From: Octopus sinensis
Taxonomy: Eukaryota
Reading direction: 5' to 3'
DNA length: 64,000 nucleotides
NCBI RefSeq assembly: GCF_006345805.1
Contig: NC_042997.1
Location: 186,620,001 to 186,684,000, forward strand
Shown here in pieces: positions 25,056 through 38,985 of this stretch (position 1 is its first letter; every line of letters begins with the position of its first letter). The notes under the pieces are model-generated. The model was not told where the DNA came from and searched no databases. It was given only the letters and a program-made list of their open reading frames with translations. The position numbers and the translations under genes are program-made.

Positions 25056-25894
25056 TAATAATATAAATAATATATATGTACATACCTACATATACACATA
25101 TATATACATGCATATATGGGTACAGGACATCAAAAAAATGTTGAACACAATGAGAAATGAAGACATAAAAACAAAAACATAGAAACGAACTTTTTTCGAA
25201 CAACGGAAAAACAAACAAAGAAACGAGACATGCAACATAAAGAATATTTCACTTCTTCAGTTGTCCCTGTTTCATCTACTCCACGTATCGAAGGCAAGGA
25301 CAATACTCGACTTCGTTGAAACAGTTGTTCCTGCAATTCAAATTAAATAAAATTTTGGATTTTTTGCAGAGGGTGAAAGTGGTAACAAGAACAGGTCAGT
25401 GAGAACAAGACAGTAAAAACAAATAGTGAGGGCTGTTAAGCCAAGACCCTAGAAAAATTATTATAAATGCTAGGAAGAGGAGCTTATGAGAGGAGACAGT
25501 ATAAGTACATTTTGTCTTTATGAAGAAAATAGGCAAAAAGATAGATTCTCTTTCGTCATGTGTCAGTGACGAGAGAGTCGAGGAGGAGGAGTGAGAGAGA
25601 GGGAACAGTGAAGAGGAAAGGAGAAGGATAGGGAAGGGTGGGAGAGAAAACCAGAAAGGATGAAGAACAAGAGAGGGAGAGAGATAGACAGATAAGAGAT
25701 AGTAGAGATAGAAGAGTATGCATACAATGGGCTTCTTTCAGTTTCTATTTACAAGATCCACTCAGAAGGTTTTGTCAGCATGCAGCTGTAAGAGGATGGA
25801 TTATGTGAACAGAAACCAAAGCAATGTCATTGGGAAACAAACTTCTAAACCACACAGCCACACTTGTGCCTCAAATTTTGGTAGGAACAAACTA

Positions 25895-26437
25895 TTGGGT
25901 TGTCTGGAAAGTTCGTGCCAGTAGCTTACATTTCGACTTATTTTAGAACATGGTTGAGTCCATAAAATAGGATTTAGAGCACAGTTTAAGCTATCTTTTC
26001 GTGGAAGAAGGTTTATGTTCCTATAACCTGTGTTAATTCTGTAACCCTTTAAAATGGAAGACAAGAAATTTCATTTTCGGCACTTGATGCTTTGGGAACC
26101 AGACAAAAATTGCTGCAGCTCGGCTGGGATGTGTAACCCCACCCTCCATATTCACCAGATAATGATCCTTTGGATTTCCACTTATTCAGGTCTCTGCAGA
26201 CTAGTCTTAATGGTAAAAATTTCAATTCCTTGGATGATGTAAAAAGATACCTTGATGAATTCTTTGCCATGAAACCACCTCAATTCTGGGAAGAGGGTAT
26301 TTTCAAGTTAAAGGAAAGATTGAGACACATTGTGCAACAAAATGGTTCATATTTGGTTGATTGAAAATGTAATGGCAAGTATTTATTGACCTTTTTCTTT
26401 CTTTTAAAAATTGGCACAAACTTTTTGGACAACCCAA
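25895..26437 (+). mobile_element. internally deleted mariner transposon
   Basis: TA-flanked TIRs TTGGGTTGTCTGGAAAGTTCGTGCC / GGCACAAACTTTTTGGACAACCCAA; transposase N-terminus MEDKKFHFRHLMLWE joined to C-terminus TRQKLLQLGWDV*PHPPYSPDNDPLDFHLFRSLQ...QQNGSYLVD. Confidence 0.92.
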
Positions 26438-26690
26438 TATTTCAAATATTGGCAGTAGTACTTCGGACTATCTATTTCTTTCTTTATAGACCAGAAAAAG
26501 ATGTAAAGTAAAATTGACCTCAACTGGATCTGAACTCAGAATATAATAGCTTAAAACTAAATACCAACGTTAATTAGGTATTGTAAGCAATTTGCTAGGA
26601 GATCTCTATTGTTCACAGCGACCATAAACAGCCTGATTGAAATCCTGTTTCATTTAATTATATTTCTATACTGCTTTAGATTTTTTGCAG

Positions 26691-26707
26691 TTAAAGATGA
26701 ACTGGTG
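26691..26707 (+). CDS. candidate 17-nt microexon (xKDELV or LKMNWx)
   Basis: TTTAGATTTTTTGCAG|TTAAAGATGAACTGGTG|GTAAGG: strong acceptor and donor in non-repeat sequence. Confidence 0.25.
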
Positions 26708-26929
26708 GTAAGGGTGAGGTGTAGAGGGCAGTGAGACATTGTCTAGTTATAATAGCAAAGCGATGGTCTTTTGCTGCTGCATATTAAGGTTAGAATGGAA
26801 CTATAGCCCGGAGGGCAAACAGCGTTTCAAAATAGGTAATCAAATACTAAACTGATCTGATATAATGAGGATTATTATATTGTAGTTGTTGTTCATGTTG
26901 TTGTTGTTGTTGTCATTGAATTTTTTAAA

Positions 26930-27321
26930 ACTTTCATTCTCATTGTCTTTCTCATCATCTTCAACTCATCATGAGCAACATCACCATCCTCGTTGCTATC
27001 ATCATCATCATCATCATCATTATCATTGCTGTCATCGTCCTCGTTGTCATCGTGGCCATTGTCATCACCGTCATCATCGTCATCATCGTCATCGTCGGCA
27101 TCATAAATTATCATCAGCCTTTTCTTGTTAATATCTTCATGATTATTTTCATTATTATCGTCATCATTATCATTGTTGCTGTTGTCATCTTCATCATCAC
27201 TATTGTCGTCAACATCGTTGTCATCATCATCAACAGCATCATCATCAGTATCATCATCATCATCATCATCAACTACATCATCAACAGCATCATGATCTTG
27301 ATATCATCATCATCATTAAGC

Positions 27322-27368
<47 letters not shown>

Positions 27369-27400
27369 TATCATCATCATCATCATTATTATTAAAGCAG
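26930..27400. repeat. (CAT/CGT)n low-complexity block
   Basis: Imperfect ATC runs. Confidence 0.9.
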
Positions 27401-27849
27401 CAAGCCAGCAGAATCGTTAGTATGAGAGACAAAATGCATAGCAGTAGTTCTGATTCTTTACATTCTGAGTTCAAAGTTGGCCTCAGCAGAAATTGAACTC
27501 AGAACATAGAGACACACAAAATACCATTAAGCATATGCCTGGCAAGTTAGTCTGGAAAGAACAAGACATGATCGTGGCTGAATCTTTGTTTTGATTAGAG
27601 GCTTATTCAACTGAAAGACTGACCTGAGAATAACAACAACAACAACAAAGCAACAAAACAACAACAGTGGCAGTAGCAGCAGCAACAACAAGAATAACAA
27701 CAACAACAATAGCAGCAATGACAGTAACAAACAACAACAATAACAGCAACAACAACGACAATAAGAACAACATCTATAATCATGGAAATTGTGACAGGCT
27801 GTCCAGATAAAACATAATGACTTTAAGATGACTGTAAACCTTCACATAC

Positions 27850-27926
27850 ATTCTATTGACCAATCCTCCAACCTCATCGAGTATTTGAACTGTTTGGAAC
27901 CATTCAGAATAATTTTAGAATCCAAT
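27850..27926 (-). CDS. candidate exon, LDSKIILNGSKQFKYSMRLEDWSIE
   Basis: TTTTCCTTTGTCATATAAG acceptor, GTATGT donor, 77 nt, one open frame (phase 2-1). Confidence 0.3.
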
Positions 27927-28111
27927 CTTATATGACAAAGGAAAATATATATATATATATATACATATATATAAAAACAATAATAAGTAAAAAGTTCAAT
28001 AATGCCAGACAACAATGGACATTTATATTTCTTGTGTGTTTTAAGGAATTAGTGTCTGTGTACGAGTATGTTCGTGTAAATGTGTGTGTAAGAACATATA
28101 GGTGTATGATG

Positions 28112-28625
28112 ATCATCATCATCGTTCGTTTAATGTCCGCTTTCCATGCTAGCATGGGTTGGATGATTTGATTGAGGTCTGGTGAACCAGATGACTGCAC
28201 CAGGCTCCAATCTGATCTGGCAGAGTTTCTACAGCTGGATGTCCTTCCTAACACCAACCACTCCAAGAGTGAAGTGGGTGCTTTTACGTGCCACTGGCAC
28301 AAAGGCCAGTCAGGTGGTACTGGCAATGGCCACGCTCAAATGGTGTTTTTTACATGCCACCTGCACAGGAGCCAGTCCAGCGGCTCTGATAATGACCTCG
28401 CTCGAATGCTTCTTTACGTGCCAGTAAGGCGACGCCGGTAATGATCACACTCAAATGGTGCTTTTTGCATGCCACTGGCATGGAAGCCAGTTAGCTGCTC
28501 TGGCAATGATCATGCTCAGATGGTACTCTTAGCGCTCCACTAGCACAGATGCCAGTCATCAAATTTGATTTTGATTTCACTTGCCTCAACAGGTCTTCAC
28601 AAGCACAGGTCTTCGCAAGCATTGG
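28112..28625 (-). mobile_element. family C retroposon, long form with 4-unit hairpin array
   Basis: (TCA)n tail at left; array order matches 41506-41998 and 61593-62050. Confidence 0.85.
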
Positions 28626-28871
28626 TCTTCAAGCTATGGTGCATAGATATATATATGTGTACAAAATTTATATATATATATATATTCTCTCCTTTTTTTT
28701 TCCTCTCTATTTTTTCTCTACTTGTTTCTCTCTTTGTTTTCTGTGTCCCTTTCTGTAGAAGGGTGTAGGCTCAAAACGTAAAAGACTTTTTCTATTCCTG
28801 AGCATTATACTAATACATCTGCTTGTTTTGTACAGCACCTGTCTTCATCTTTTGTTGTTTTTTCATAAACT

Positions 28872-28909
<38 letters not shown>

Positions 28910-28964
28910 TATATATATACATAATATATATGTGTGTATACATATATGGATATATATACATGTA

Positions 28965-29178
28965 TGTGGTGGTATTAAAAGTTCCAGGACTAGTTTTGTT
29001 TAATGATAAAAATAACTTATATACCTAAGTTTTAACATCATCTACTTTGAAATAGTCACCTTGCACAGCAATACACCAGTCATAGTATTTCTGGCCCCTG
29101 GAAGTTGTTTTCCATAAGCGAATCAAGGACCTTCTGTGATTTTCTCTTGGTCTTGACAATGGTTATCCCACCATTACT
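28965..29178 (-). mobile_element. mariner transposase 3' fragment with right TIR
   Basis: Minus translation [15 protein letters not shown] / [16 protein letters not shown] resembles the mariner C-terminus; TIR-like TGTGGTGGTATTAAAAGTTCCAGGAC after TA. Confidence 0.75.
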
Positions 29179-29180
29179 GA

Positions 29181-29226
<46 letters not shown>

Positions 29227-30067
29227 ATATACACATATATATATATATATATTACATATATATATATACACATATATATATATATACATATATGTGTATA
29301 TACAAACACTTGCTCATAAGCACTCACACATATGTATGTATGTACGTATTTATGCAAGTATACATGCCACTAAGGGACCAATAGAATAAGTACTTGACAA
29401 AATAAGCTCTGGTATCGATTTGTTCTAATAAACTCTTCAAGGCAGTGCCCTAGCATGGCCGCTGTCCAATGACTCAAACAGGTAAATGTATAAGACAAGT
29501 GTGCATGTGTGTATGCATCCAGGAATAGCATTGAAATTTAATCATTACTTATGTTTCTAAAAATATTTTAAAATATAGAAAAAATAAATTCTAATACACA
29601 AAGAAAGTAGCGCAACTAAGAAAAAATAACTCACACAAAACACAGAAACATAAAAACACATGCTAAAACATAATAAAAGCAACATTTTTGTGCAAATATG
29701 ATTGATAACCAAAATGGAATTCACATAATTATTATAAAACACCAATTCTTCAGGAGTGCTGAAATTCCTTAACTCATAGACATAAATTCTGTGCTGATTT
29801 GTTGCAGAGAATATCAGTATTTTTTTGTTTTGTCTTTTTACACAATATTTATTTAATATAAATTTATTCAGAATTTGTATCGTATTAAATTCATATACAA
29901 GATTAAATTTTTTTCTTTCTTATCATGTATATTATATCAAAAATTCATAATGTATTGAATTTCTAATTCAGCCAAAGCACTTGATATTTTTTTAATCTCT
30001 TTGTTTCGTTGGCTTTTATTTCTTCATAATTTTTTTGTAAATGAAGCGTTGTGTGTGTGTATATATA

Positions 30068-30101
<34 letters not shown>

Positions 30102-31028
30102 GATAGAGAGAGAGAGAGAGATAGCCAAACAGAGAGATAGATAGCTAGATATGTGTGTGTGTATATATATATATATATACACACACATATGCACACACAT
30201 ATATATATACGCATATATATACATATAGATATATACATACATACATATTATATATATATATGCATATATATACATATGTATATGCATGTATGTATGTCTT
30301 TATGTGTGTAAAACATACATACACACATATATATATACAAATATATATATATATATATACACATATACATATATATCTTTTATACATATGTGCATATATG
30401 TATATATGTAATATAAATACACACACTCATACACATATACACACAAATATACACACATACACTAATTATGTTTATGAAGGCATTTAGATACACATACATT
30501 CAATGTAAACTAACAATCACACTCATAATCACACTTTATCTACATGAGTGTGAGTATACATGTGTTTGTGCATGTGTCTATATGTGTCTCTTTATATGTA
30601 TATATGCAAAGCTTGTAAATGTGTAAAATCATATTTTTGCAATTTTACAATGAAATTGCAAAAATACAATTTTACATTGTTACAAGTACTTTCATGTTTT
30701 ATAGCAATCTTCAGGTAAATTTTTAGGTAGCAGCATCAACAAATATTTTAAGAGCTTAAATGAATTTAATGAGTATTTTTCTTTAAATACCTTTTGACAG
30801 TCTTCAGCAAATTGAAGCTTATGAATATTATTTTAACTTATCAGTGTGATGTTTCTATGTCATGGTTTGATAAATGCAATAACACAGTCCACATTCTGAC
30901 AGGTTAAAAGTCGTGTTTGTTAGTTTCAGTTTGCTGGAGTACAATCAAAAGGTGTATCAAAGAAAAGATTCATTCATTTCACTGGTTATTAAATTGCAAA
31001 GCTCATTAGCTATTTGTTAAGGCTACTC

Positions 31029-31062
<34 letters not shown>

Positions 31063-32058
31063 AGTATGCATGTATGAGTGTGTATGTGTATGTGAATGTA
31101 TTTACTGTATATACATGAATGAAGGACACCACTTGTGTTCTGTACAATTACAATACATGTGTGTCTGTGAATACATGCATGTGTGTGTATGTGTGTGTAT
31201 GTGTTGTCCCATCCATGCCAGCATGGAACAGGGATATTTAATGATGATGATGATGATGATGATGTATACATTTATACATGCACACACACACACACGCACG
31301 GATGCACACATGTAAGTTTGATCATAATAATAAAATATAATGAAGTTTAGGAACACAAACTGATGTCTGGAGAAATATATATATTTATTATAAGCATATA
31401 TATTTATTTACCTAAATAGTCAAGTCATGATTTCATTGTCTGGTAACCTTTCATTTTAACGATCATTATATTTCTGCATATTATTATTCAAAACATAAAT
31501 TTTTTGTTTTTTGTTTATCAAGCTTTTAACCAAAATACCTTGCTCGAAGAAAAAAAATATTTTCATTATATATTCAAGATATCTATTTCTGATATTTCTG
31601 TTATTGAGAATACACAGAATTGTTACTCCAAGTTATCTCAGAGAATCCCAACAAACCATTAAATTTTCATCATATGTTATAACAACAGCGGCTCGTTTGA
31701 TTTACATGTAATATAATACCAGAAGATGGTATTGTTTTGCATGGTATTAGGTAAAATGGTTAACAATTTTAGAATAACTACTCTTTATACTAATAGTTGA
31801 GGCATGGGCTTAAGAGCCTGGTCTTCCATATTTTCTGTTTTTGTTTTTTGTTTGTTTTGTTTTTCTTTTTCTTTTTTGTTTTCTTGTGGGAGGCAAATGG
31901 AAGTCAGTTTTCATAGGTTCTCTTTATTTATACATATACATACAAGAATGTTAACATGCATGCAAATACAAGTAGAATATTCGCAACTCCAAAGCAAACT
32001 AATGTTAGGTGCATGCCTATGTGTGCTTGTGTGCGTATATCTATCTATCTGTTTACAT

Positions 32059-32118
<60 letters not shown>

Positions 32119-32123
32119 GCAGA

Positions 32124-32238
<115 letters not shown>

Positions 32239-32263
32239 ATTGACAGACAGACAGACAGACAGG

Positions 32264-32315
<52 letters not shown>

Positions 32316-32431
32316 CAGACAGATAGATAGATAGACAGACAGATCTGTGTGTATGTATACAAACATACATGCAATCACATATATACATGGGCACACACAC
32401 ACACACACATATGTGTCTCTATGTATATGAA

Positions 32432-32700
32432 GAGCAAATGGCCTAATGGTTAGGGTGTTTGCATTCATGATCATGAGAGCATGGTTTTAATTCCTAGACC
32501 AGGTGGTGCATTGTGTTATTGAGCAAAACCCTTGATCCCACATGGCGCTGCAATTGCCTTGAACACCTGGCATGTGATATATCATTCACCTGTCTGGGCA
32601 TTGTAGATTTGCTGGAGGGAATGTGTTAATGTATGGTATCATGCATTTGATCGCTATAAACAAATGATTTGTGCAAATTGTTCAGTAAGAAATTGCAGAG
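32432..32700 (+). mobile_element. SINE with tRNA-like head (E/D-type core), degenerate
   Basis: TGGCCTAATGGTTAGGGTG...GGTTTTAATTCCTAGACC, then GAGCAAAACCC. Confidence 0.6.
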
Positions 32701-32901
32701 CTGTCTTTCTTAGACTTTGGGAGGCTACCATTATATGAGTGTGTGTGTGTGCGTGTGTGTGTGTGTGTGTGTACATGTATGTGTGTGTGTGGAGGCACAT
32801 GGTTTTGTGGTTATGCTATATTCTTGAGCACAACACTTCATTTCACATTGCTCCAGTCCAGTCAGCTGGAAAAAATGAGTCTATGAGTATATATATATAT
32901 C

Positions 32902-32934
<33 letters not shown>

Positions 32935-33098
32935 TATGTATATATTGTGTGTGTGTGTGAGATGTTTCTTTCAGTTTCTGTCCAGCTGGACAATATATAA
33001 GCTACAGAATCTGGAAAAGCACCGTTTTGAGCCCATGTTTGTATGCATGGCACTTTCTATAGTAATTCAACCACTTCTCATGAGTGACCACTTTAAAT

Positions 33099-33162
<64 letters not shown>

Positions 33163-34298
33163 ATGTGTGCATGTGTGCGTGTGTATACACATAATTATAA
33201 ACACCAGCTTCTGTTTGTTACTTGCAGCATTCTCTGGGGAAGCCAAATCTGTTTTTTCTCTCTGGCAAGAGCAGGTCAACACTGGTGTGAAAAATCAATT
33301 GTTTCCCCCCCCCCCCAAATAACAATCCCACCATTTCCACCATGCAAATATATGCAACTGGATTTACAACAACAACAAGAACAACAAAAATATTTCCAAT
33401 GAGAGAGCATCTATATTAACAGTGGCCAAACTGCAACTCATGGTCGGCAGTTTGGTTTACAAAGTTACTGTGAATGACTACTGATATAATATTAGGTTTC
33501 TATACCATTTTTTCCTAAAAGAGCTTTAATATCCTACTAGCTGAATTTTGAAGTATTAACTGCAAAAAAAAAAGAAAAAAACAACAACATTAACAAAACG
33601 AATAAATAAAAGAGAAACTGAAGATTCAATAAAAGCCTTCAATAAGCGGAAATTAATCAATATACTTGAGAGAGTAAAATTATGGAGAGATATATATTTT
33701 CTTATTTAGTAATATAATTTTGCAGATACGTGTTGCAGCTCTTAAATGTTAAAAAAAATATACATATCTCTTTTTATCAGACAAATCAGCCACCCTTGAG
33801 ATTATACTATCACCTAACCAGTCATAAATAAGAGCCAAATCTCCTTAAATTATATCCCAGTTGTCTTAGAAATGAAAGAATATTTTCGTTGTTTTCGTGT
33901 ATAGCATTTCAGAAAAATAACAAAGCAAGTTAAATGGCTGAGTTGTTAGTAAGTCTGCTTAACAACATGGTTTTGGGTTCAATCTCATGGCCAGGTATTT
34001 TCTACCATAGTTTTTAAGTTGAGAAAAGTCTTTAGAGTGAAATTTGGGTGATGGAAACTATATGGAAGCCTGTCAAAGGGATTGTTACTGTTCTCAAGTT
34101 GTTGACTTAATTCATTGCTCAGTTGAGCACTGCTGTCTGGGCCTTGAGTCCTTTTAGTATTTAGACCAGTCATGTCCAACCCAAAAAACCCTACCTGTTT
34201 TATGTTCAAAGTGGCCATATCTGGCCTCCCACATCTACACTACAATGTCGTTTTAAAACTAAGCCATCATATCAATGAAATTAAAAAGCTACAAGATA

Positions 34299-34685
34299 CT
34301 CTTTTACTCTTTTACTTGTTTCAGTCATTTGACTGCGGCCATGCTGGAGCACCGCCTTTAGTCGAGCAAATCGACCCCAGGACTTATTCTTTGGAAGCCT
34401 AGTACTTATTCTATCGTTCTAAGTTATGGGGACATAAACAGTCGTCAAGCGATGTTGGGGGGAACAAACACAGACACACAAACACACACACACACATATA
34501 TATATATACATATACATATACACGACGGGCTTCTTTCAGTTTCTGTCTACCAAATCCACTCACAAGGCTACATTCGGCCCGAGGCTATAGTAGAAGACAC
34601 TTGCCCAAGATGTCACGCAGTGGGACTGAACCCAGAACCATGTCGTTGGTAAGCAAGCTACTTACCACACAGCCACTCCTGCGCC
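34299..34685 (-). mobile_element. SINE family A, near full length
   Basis: Head GGCGCAGGAGTGGCTGTGTGG on minus; complete tail. Confidence 0.88.
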
Positions 34686-35289
34686 TTGTTTGGCTAATAT
34701 TTAGAAATAGACCGTCGGAAAATTTTATTATAGTATATACACACCATACACTATGTAGAGAGGCAAAGGGGTCAAATTATATCAGATTGTATGTCATGAG
34801 TCATGTCCTACGAATGATGTCCCACCGAGGCTCTATGACTGGACATTTCATTTAACCTGATTCTGTTCAGATAACTCAAGAATGTGTAGAATACCTACAT
34901 AGAAAGAAAACAATTAGACAACTCTGAAGGGATCACAACAAGGTTCAAAAATCAATTAAGCTGGTCATCATTTTTCTATGATAGATGTGAGCTGACCAAA
35001 GCCTCGTAAGTGGACCTGGTAGAGGAAACTGAAAGAAGACCGTTGCATATATGTATGTGTGTGCATGTGTTTGAGTGTATTTATGTCTGTGTTTGGTGTT
35101 TGTCTCCCACCACCACTTGACAACTGGTGTTGATGTGTTTGCAACTCATAACTTAGCAGTACAGCAAAAGAAACTAATAGAATGAGTGCTGAGATTGATT
35201 CATTTGACTGAAGTTCTTCAAAGGAGTGCCCCAGCATGACCACGGGCCAATGACTGAAACAAGTAAAAAAAGCAATACATATATATATA

Positions 35290-35917
35290 TACTCTTTTAT
35301 TCTTTTACTGCGTGGTACCTCGGGAAGCTGTCTTCTACTATACACCCAGGCCAACCAAAGCCTTGTGCGTGGATTTGGTAGACAGAAACTGAAAGAAGAC
35401 CATTGTGTATATATATATCAATATATATGTGTATGTGTGTGTGTGTATGTATGTTTTATATCTGTGTTTGTCCATCCACCATCGCTTGACAACAGATGTT
35501 GGTGTGTTTATGTCCCATAACTGAGCAGTTCGGCGAAAGAAACCAATAGCCTAAGTACTAGGCTTACAAAGAATAAATCCTGGCATCCATTTATTTCAAA
35601 AAAGGTGATGCTCCAGCATGGCCACAGTCAAATGACTGAAACAAGTAAAACAAAAAAGAATACATATATATATATATATTCTCTTTTACTCTTTTATTCT
35701 TTTACTTGTTGCAGTCATTTGACTGCGGCCATGCTGGAGCACTGCCTTTAGTTGAGCAAATCGACCCCAGGACTTATTTTTTGTAAGCCTAATACTTATT
35801 CAATCGGTCTCTTTTGCCGAACCGTTAAGTGACGTGGACGTAAACACACCAGCATCGGTTGTCAAGCGATGTTGGGGGGACAAACACAGACACAACATAT
35901 ACACTCACTCATGCATG

Positions 35918-35967
<50 letters not shown>

Positions 35968-36095
35968 TACGACAGGCTTCTTTGAGTTTCTGGTTACCAA
36001 ATCCACTCACAGGCTTTGGTTGCCCAAGGTGCCACACAGTGGGACTGAACCTGGAACCACATGTTTGGTAAGCAAGCTACTTACCACACAGCCAT
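35290..36095. mobile_element. tail-to-tail inverted pair of family A SINEs
   Basis: Plus copy ends near 35660, minus copy begins near 35680, separated by (TA)n. Confidence 0.8.
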
Positions 36096-36881
36096 ATATA
36101 TATATGCTCACACTGATGCACACGTTCACTCCTATTATTATGTTTATGCCAATTACAATTATAGAAGAGTGCAGTGGTGCAGATAGTTTTGAAGGAAAAA
36201 AGTGATGAATTTTAAGTTATTAAATAATAATATAGTTTAATGCAAATTTATGTTTTTCTAGTATTAATGCATTGCTTTTCTCTTTTTCTCATTTCTCTCT
36301 CACTCCATCACTCTCTCCCTACCTATACATATGTATGTATGTATGTATCCATATAATCATGTTATCAATGCATCATTTTTATAGCTGTACTAAACATATT
36401 CTTAAGTTCAAAATATATTTTATTTTCCATCATACATAGAACACTTTACGTAAACAGGATTATTTTTTTTAAATTTCGAAGAAGGTTAACAATGGCAATT
36501 TTTTTTACATCATCTTCGTTTTCTAGCCGTATTTAAAACACATGCATACACACATACACACACACACACACACATACACACACACACGTATATCATATGG
36601 GCATACAATCAAATACCCACACACAAACAGTCACACAGACTGAGATATATATATATATATGTATGTATGTATATGTATATGTATATATATGTATACATAT
36701 GTATGTATACATTTCTGAATTGTGTAATTGTATTAAAGAAAACAGAACGTTTGATGAGAACCTTCAACAGAACACAATGCCCTTAATTAGATAACATTTG
36801 ACATTGCACAAAATTCAGTACTGTAGAATTTACCATTCCTAATGAAAAATTATGTACATACATACATACATACATACATAC

Positions 36882-36926
<45 letters not shown>

Positions 36927-36929
36927 ATA

Positions 36930-36968
<39 letters not shown>

Positions 36969-37170
36969 TATATATATATATATATAATATATATAATAAA
37001 TAATATACATGTATATATGTATGTATATACATGTATATATATACATATGTATGCAGATATGTGTGTGTGTGTATATATATATGTATGTATATATATGCAC
37101 ACACATAAATTATAACACATATATATATATATACATGCAAAGGTATACATTAATTTCATGTAGTGTATGC

Positions 37171-37219
<49 letters not shown>

Positions 37220-37329
37220 GTATATATATAATATGTGTGTGTCTATGTACAGGAGCAGAATAAACAGACGAGTTAGTTTGTTTTTATTATCACATCTTAA
37301 ATTACATAATCTTTATAATGTTTATAATC

Positions 37330-37500
37330 ATTACATGTACATTATTTACATTCGATAGCTCTTTGTCCTTATCTTGTTTGTTGTTAACACAACGTTTCAG
37401 CTGATATACCCTCCAGCCTTCTTCGGGTGTCTTGGAGAAATTTCGAACCTGAGTTCTCATTCCTAAGGTATTTTTCTATCATATTATTATCATTATTATT
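37330..37500 (-). mobile_element. Penelope pLTR-like segment with hammerhead-like motif
   Basis: Minus: CCGAAGA-A GGCTG GAGGGTATAT CAGCT-GAAAC GTT, then AACAAACAAGATAAGGACAAA..TCGAATGTAAATAATGTA, which recurs inverted at 38260-38320. Confidence 0.6.
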
Positions 37501-37619
37501 ATTGCTCATGTCACTGAACTCGGAATCATGGGTTAGTATCCTGCGCTCTTAACCACTACGTCATATGCCCTTGGGCAATTATGAGGTGAATTTTAGGGCT
37601 TATAAATCTAATATTTCCT

Positions 37620-38050
37620 ATCCTTCCTTAATACCTATTTCTTTATTGCCCACAAGGGGCTAAACACAGAGAGGACAAACAAGAACAGACAAAGGTATTA
37701 AGTCGATTACATTGACCCCAGTGCGTAACTGGTACTTAATTTATCGACCCCGAAAGGATAAAGGGCAAAGTCAACCTTGGCGGAATTTGAACTCACAATG
37801 TAACGTCAGACGAAATACCCATTTCTTTACTACCCACAAGGGGCTAAACACAGAGGAGACAAACACGAACAGACAAACGGATTAAGCTGATTATATCGAC
37901 CCCAGTGTGTAACTGGTACTTAATTTATCGACCCTGAAAGGATGAAAGGCAAAGTCGACCTCGGCGGAATTTGAACTCACAACGTAACAGCAGACGAAAT
38001 ACCGCGAAGCATTTCACCCAGCGTGCTAACGATTCTGCCAACTCGCCGCC
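37620..38050 (-). mobile_element. SINE family B dimer
   Basis: Head at 38050, two bodies joined at GAAATACCCATTTCTTTACTACCC. Confidence 0.85.
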
Positions 38051-38061
38051 TTCCTTAATAC

Positions 38062-38250
38062 CAGTTCCCATATGTTACACTCAGTCTGCTTAGGAGGTTG
38101 TTGTATCCTAGCATATGTGCTGCTTCTTTTGGCTTTTGTATTTTCCAGTGGTGTTCTCTGTCTATTACTTCAACTTCATCCCACAGGGGGAGATGGTCTC
38201 CATTTTATCAAACATGATCAGCTATACCTGATATATCAATATCTCCTCGC
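38062..38250 (-). mobile_element. Penelope-like element, GIY-YIG endonuclease C-terminal fragment
   Basis: Minus translation SGIADHV... HLPLWDEVEVIDREHHWKIQKPKEAAHMLGYNNLLSR matches the PLE pattern H...WD.V.I.D.E.....R..KEA.H. Confidence 0.75.
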
Positions 38251-38930
38251 GTCAAGATACAAACAAGATGAGGACAAATATCTGTCGAATGTAAATAATG
38301 TAAATAATGTAAATAATGTACATAATTCCTCATCTCTTAAATATAGAACTGTATCATTACATGTGTTTCACTGGCAAATAGTAGTATTTTGAGTGGTAAT
38401 TGCTACATCCATTATAACATAGTCACATTGAAACACCAGGTCTTCAGAAGAAGATTGTAATTTAATTCATTATTATTTACTAGCAGCATTTGGTTAATGG
38501 TACTAAGTTAGTTCTAACTTAACTTTCTGTTATTTTGTTTGATGCCATCCATATTATGGACATATGTACAGTGAAAATGTGAAAACACAATTTTTTTTAT
38601 TTCTCTTCCGCGGAAGGCCACTTTACTAAATGCCAGAATTCATCTCTTCTCATGGCACTTAAACATATTAAATATTGCAAATTTAATTTTATTAACTCAT
38701 AGATGCTGGATAGATTTGTGACTAAGAATTCTGTATAGTAGCCACTGGATCTACCTTCAGTTTCCAATGATGGGTATATTGGCCAAATAGGTGGGAGGAG
38801 AGAGAAAGTGACAGAAAAATAGACAGAAAAAGAGAGAGAAAAAGAGAGAGAGAAAATGAAAGAGAAAGGAAGAGAGAGAGAAAGAAAACAGGGAAGAGGT
38901 GTGTGTGTGTGTGCGTGAGTGAGTGTGTGT

Positions 38931-38985
<55 letters not shown>

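Noticed and set aside
29557-29915. About 120-codon minus frame containing IFSATNQHRIYVYELRNFSTPEEL
   Set aside because: No acceptor, very AT-rich flanks, and a length attainable by chance; WD40 resemblance too weak.
38072-38392. 106-aa plus ORF
   Set aside because: Antisense of the Penelope GIY-YIG fragment plus pLTR repeats.
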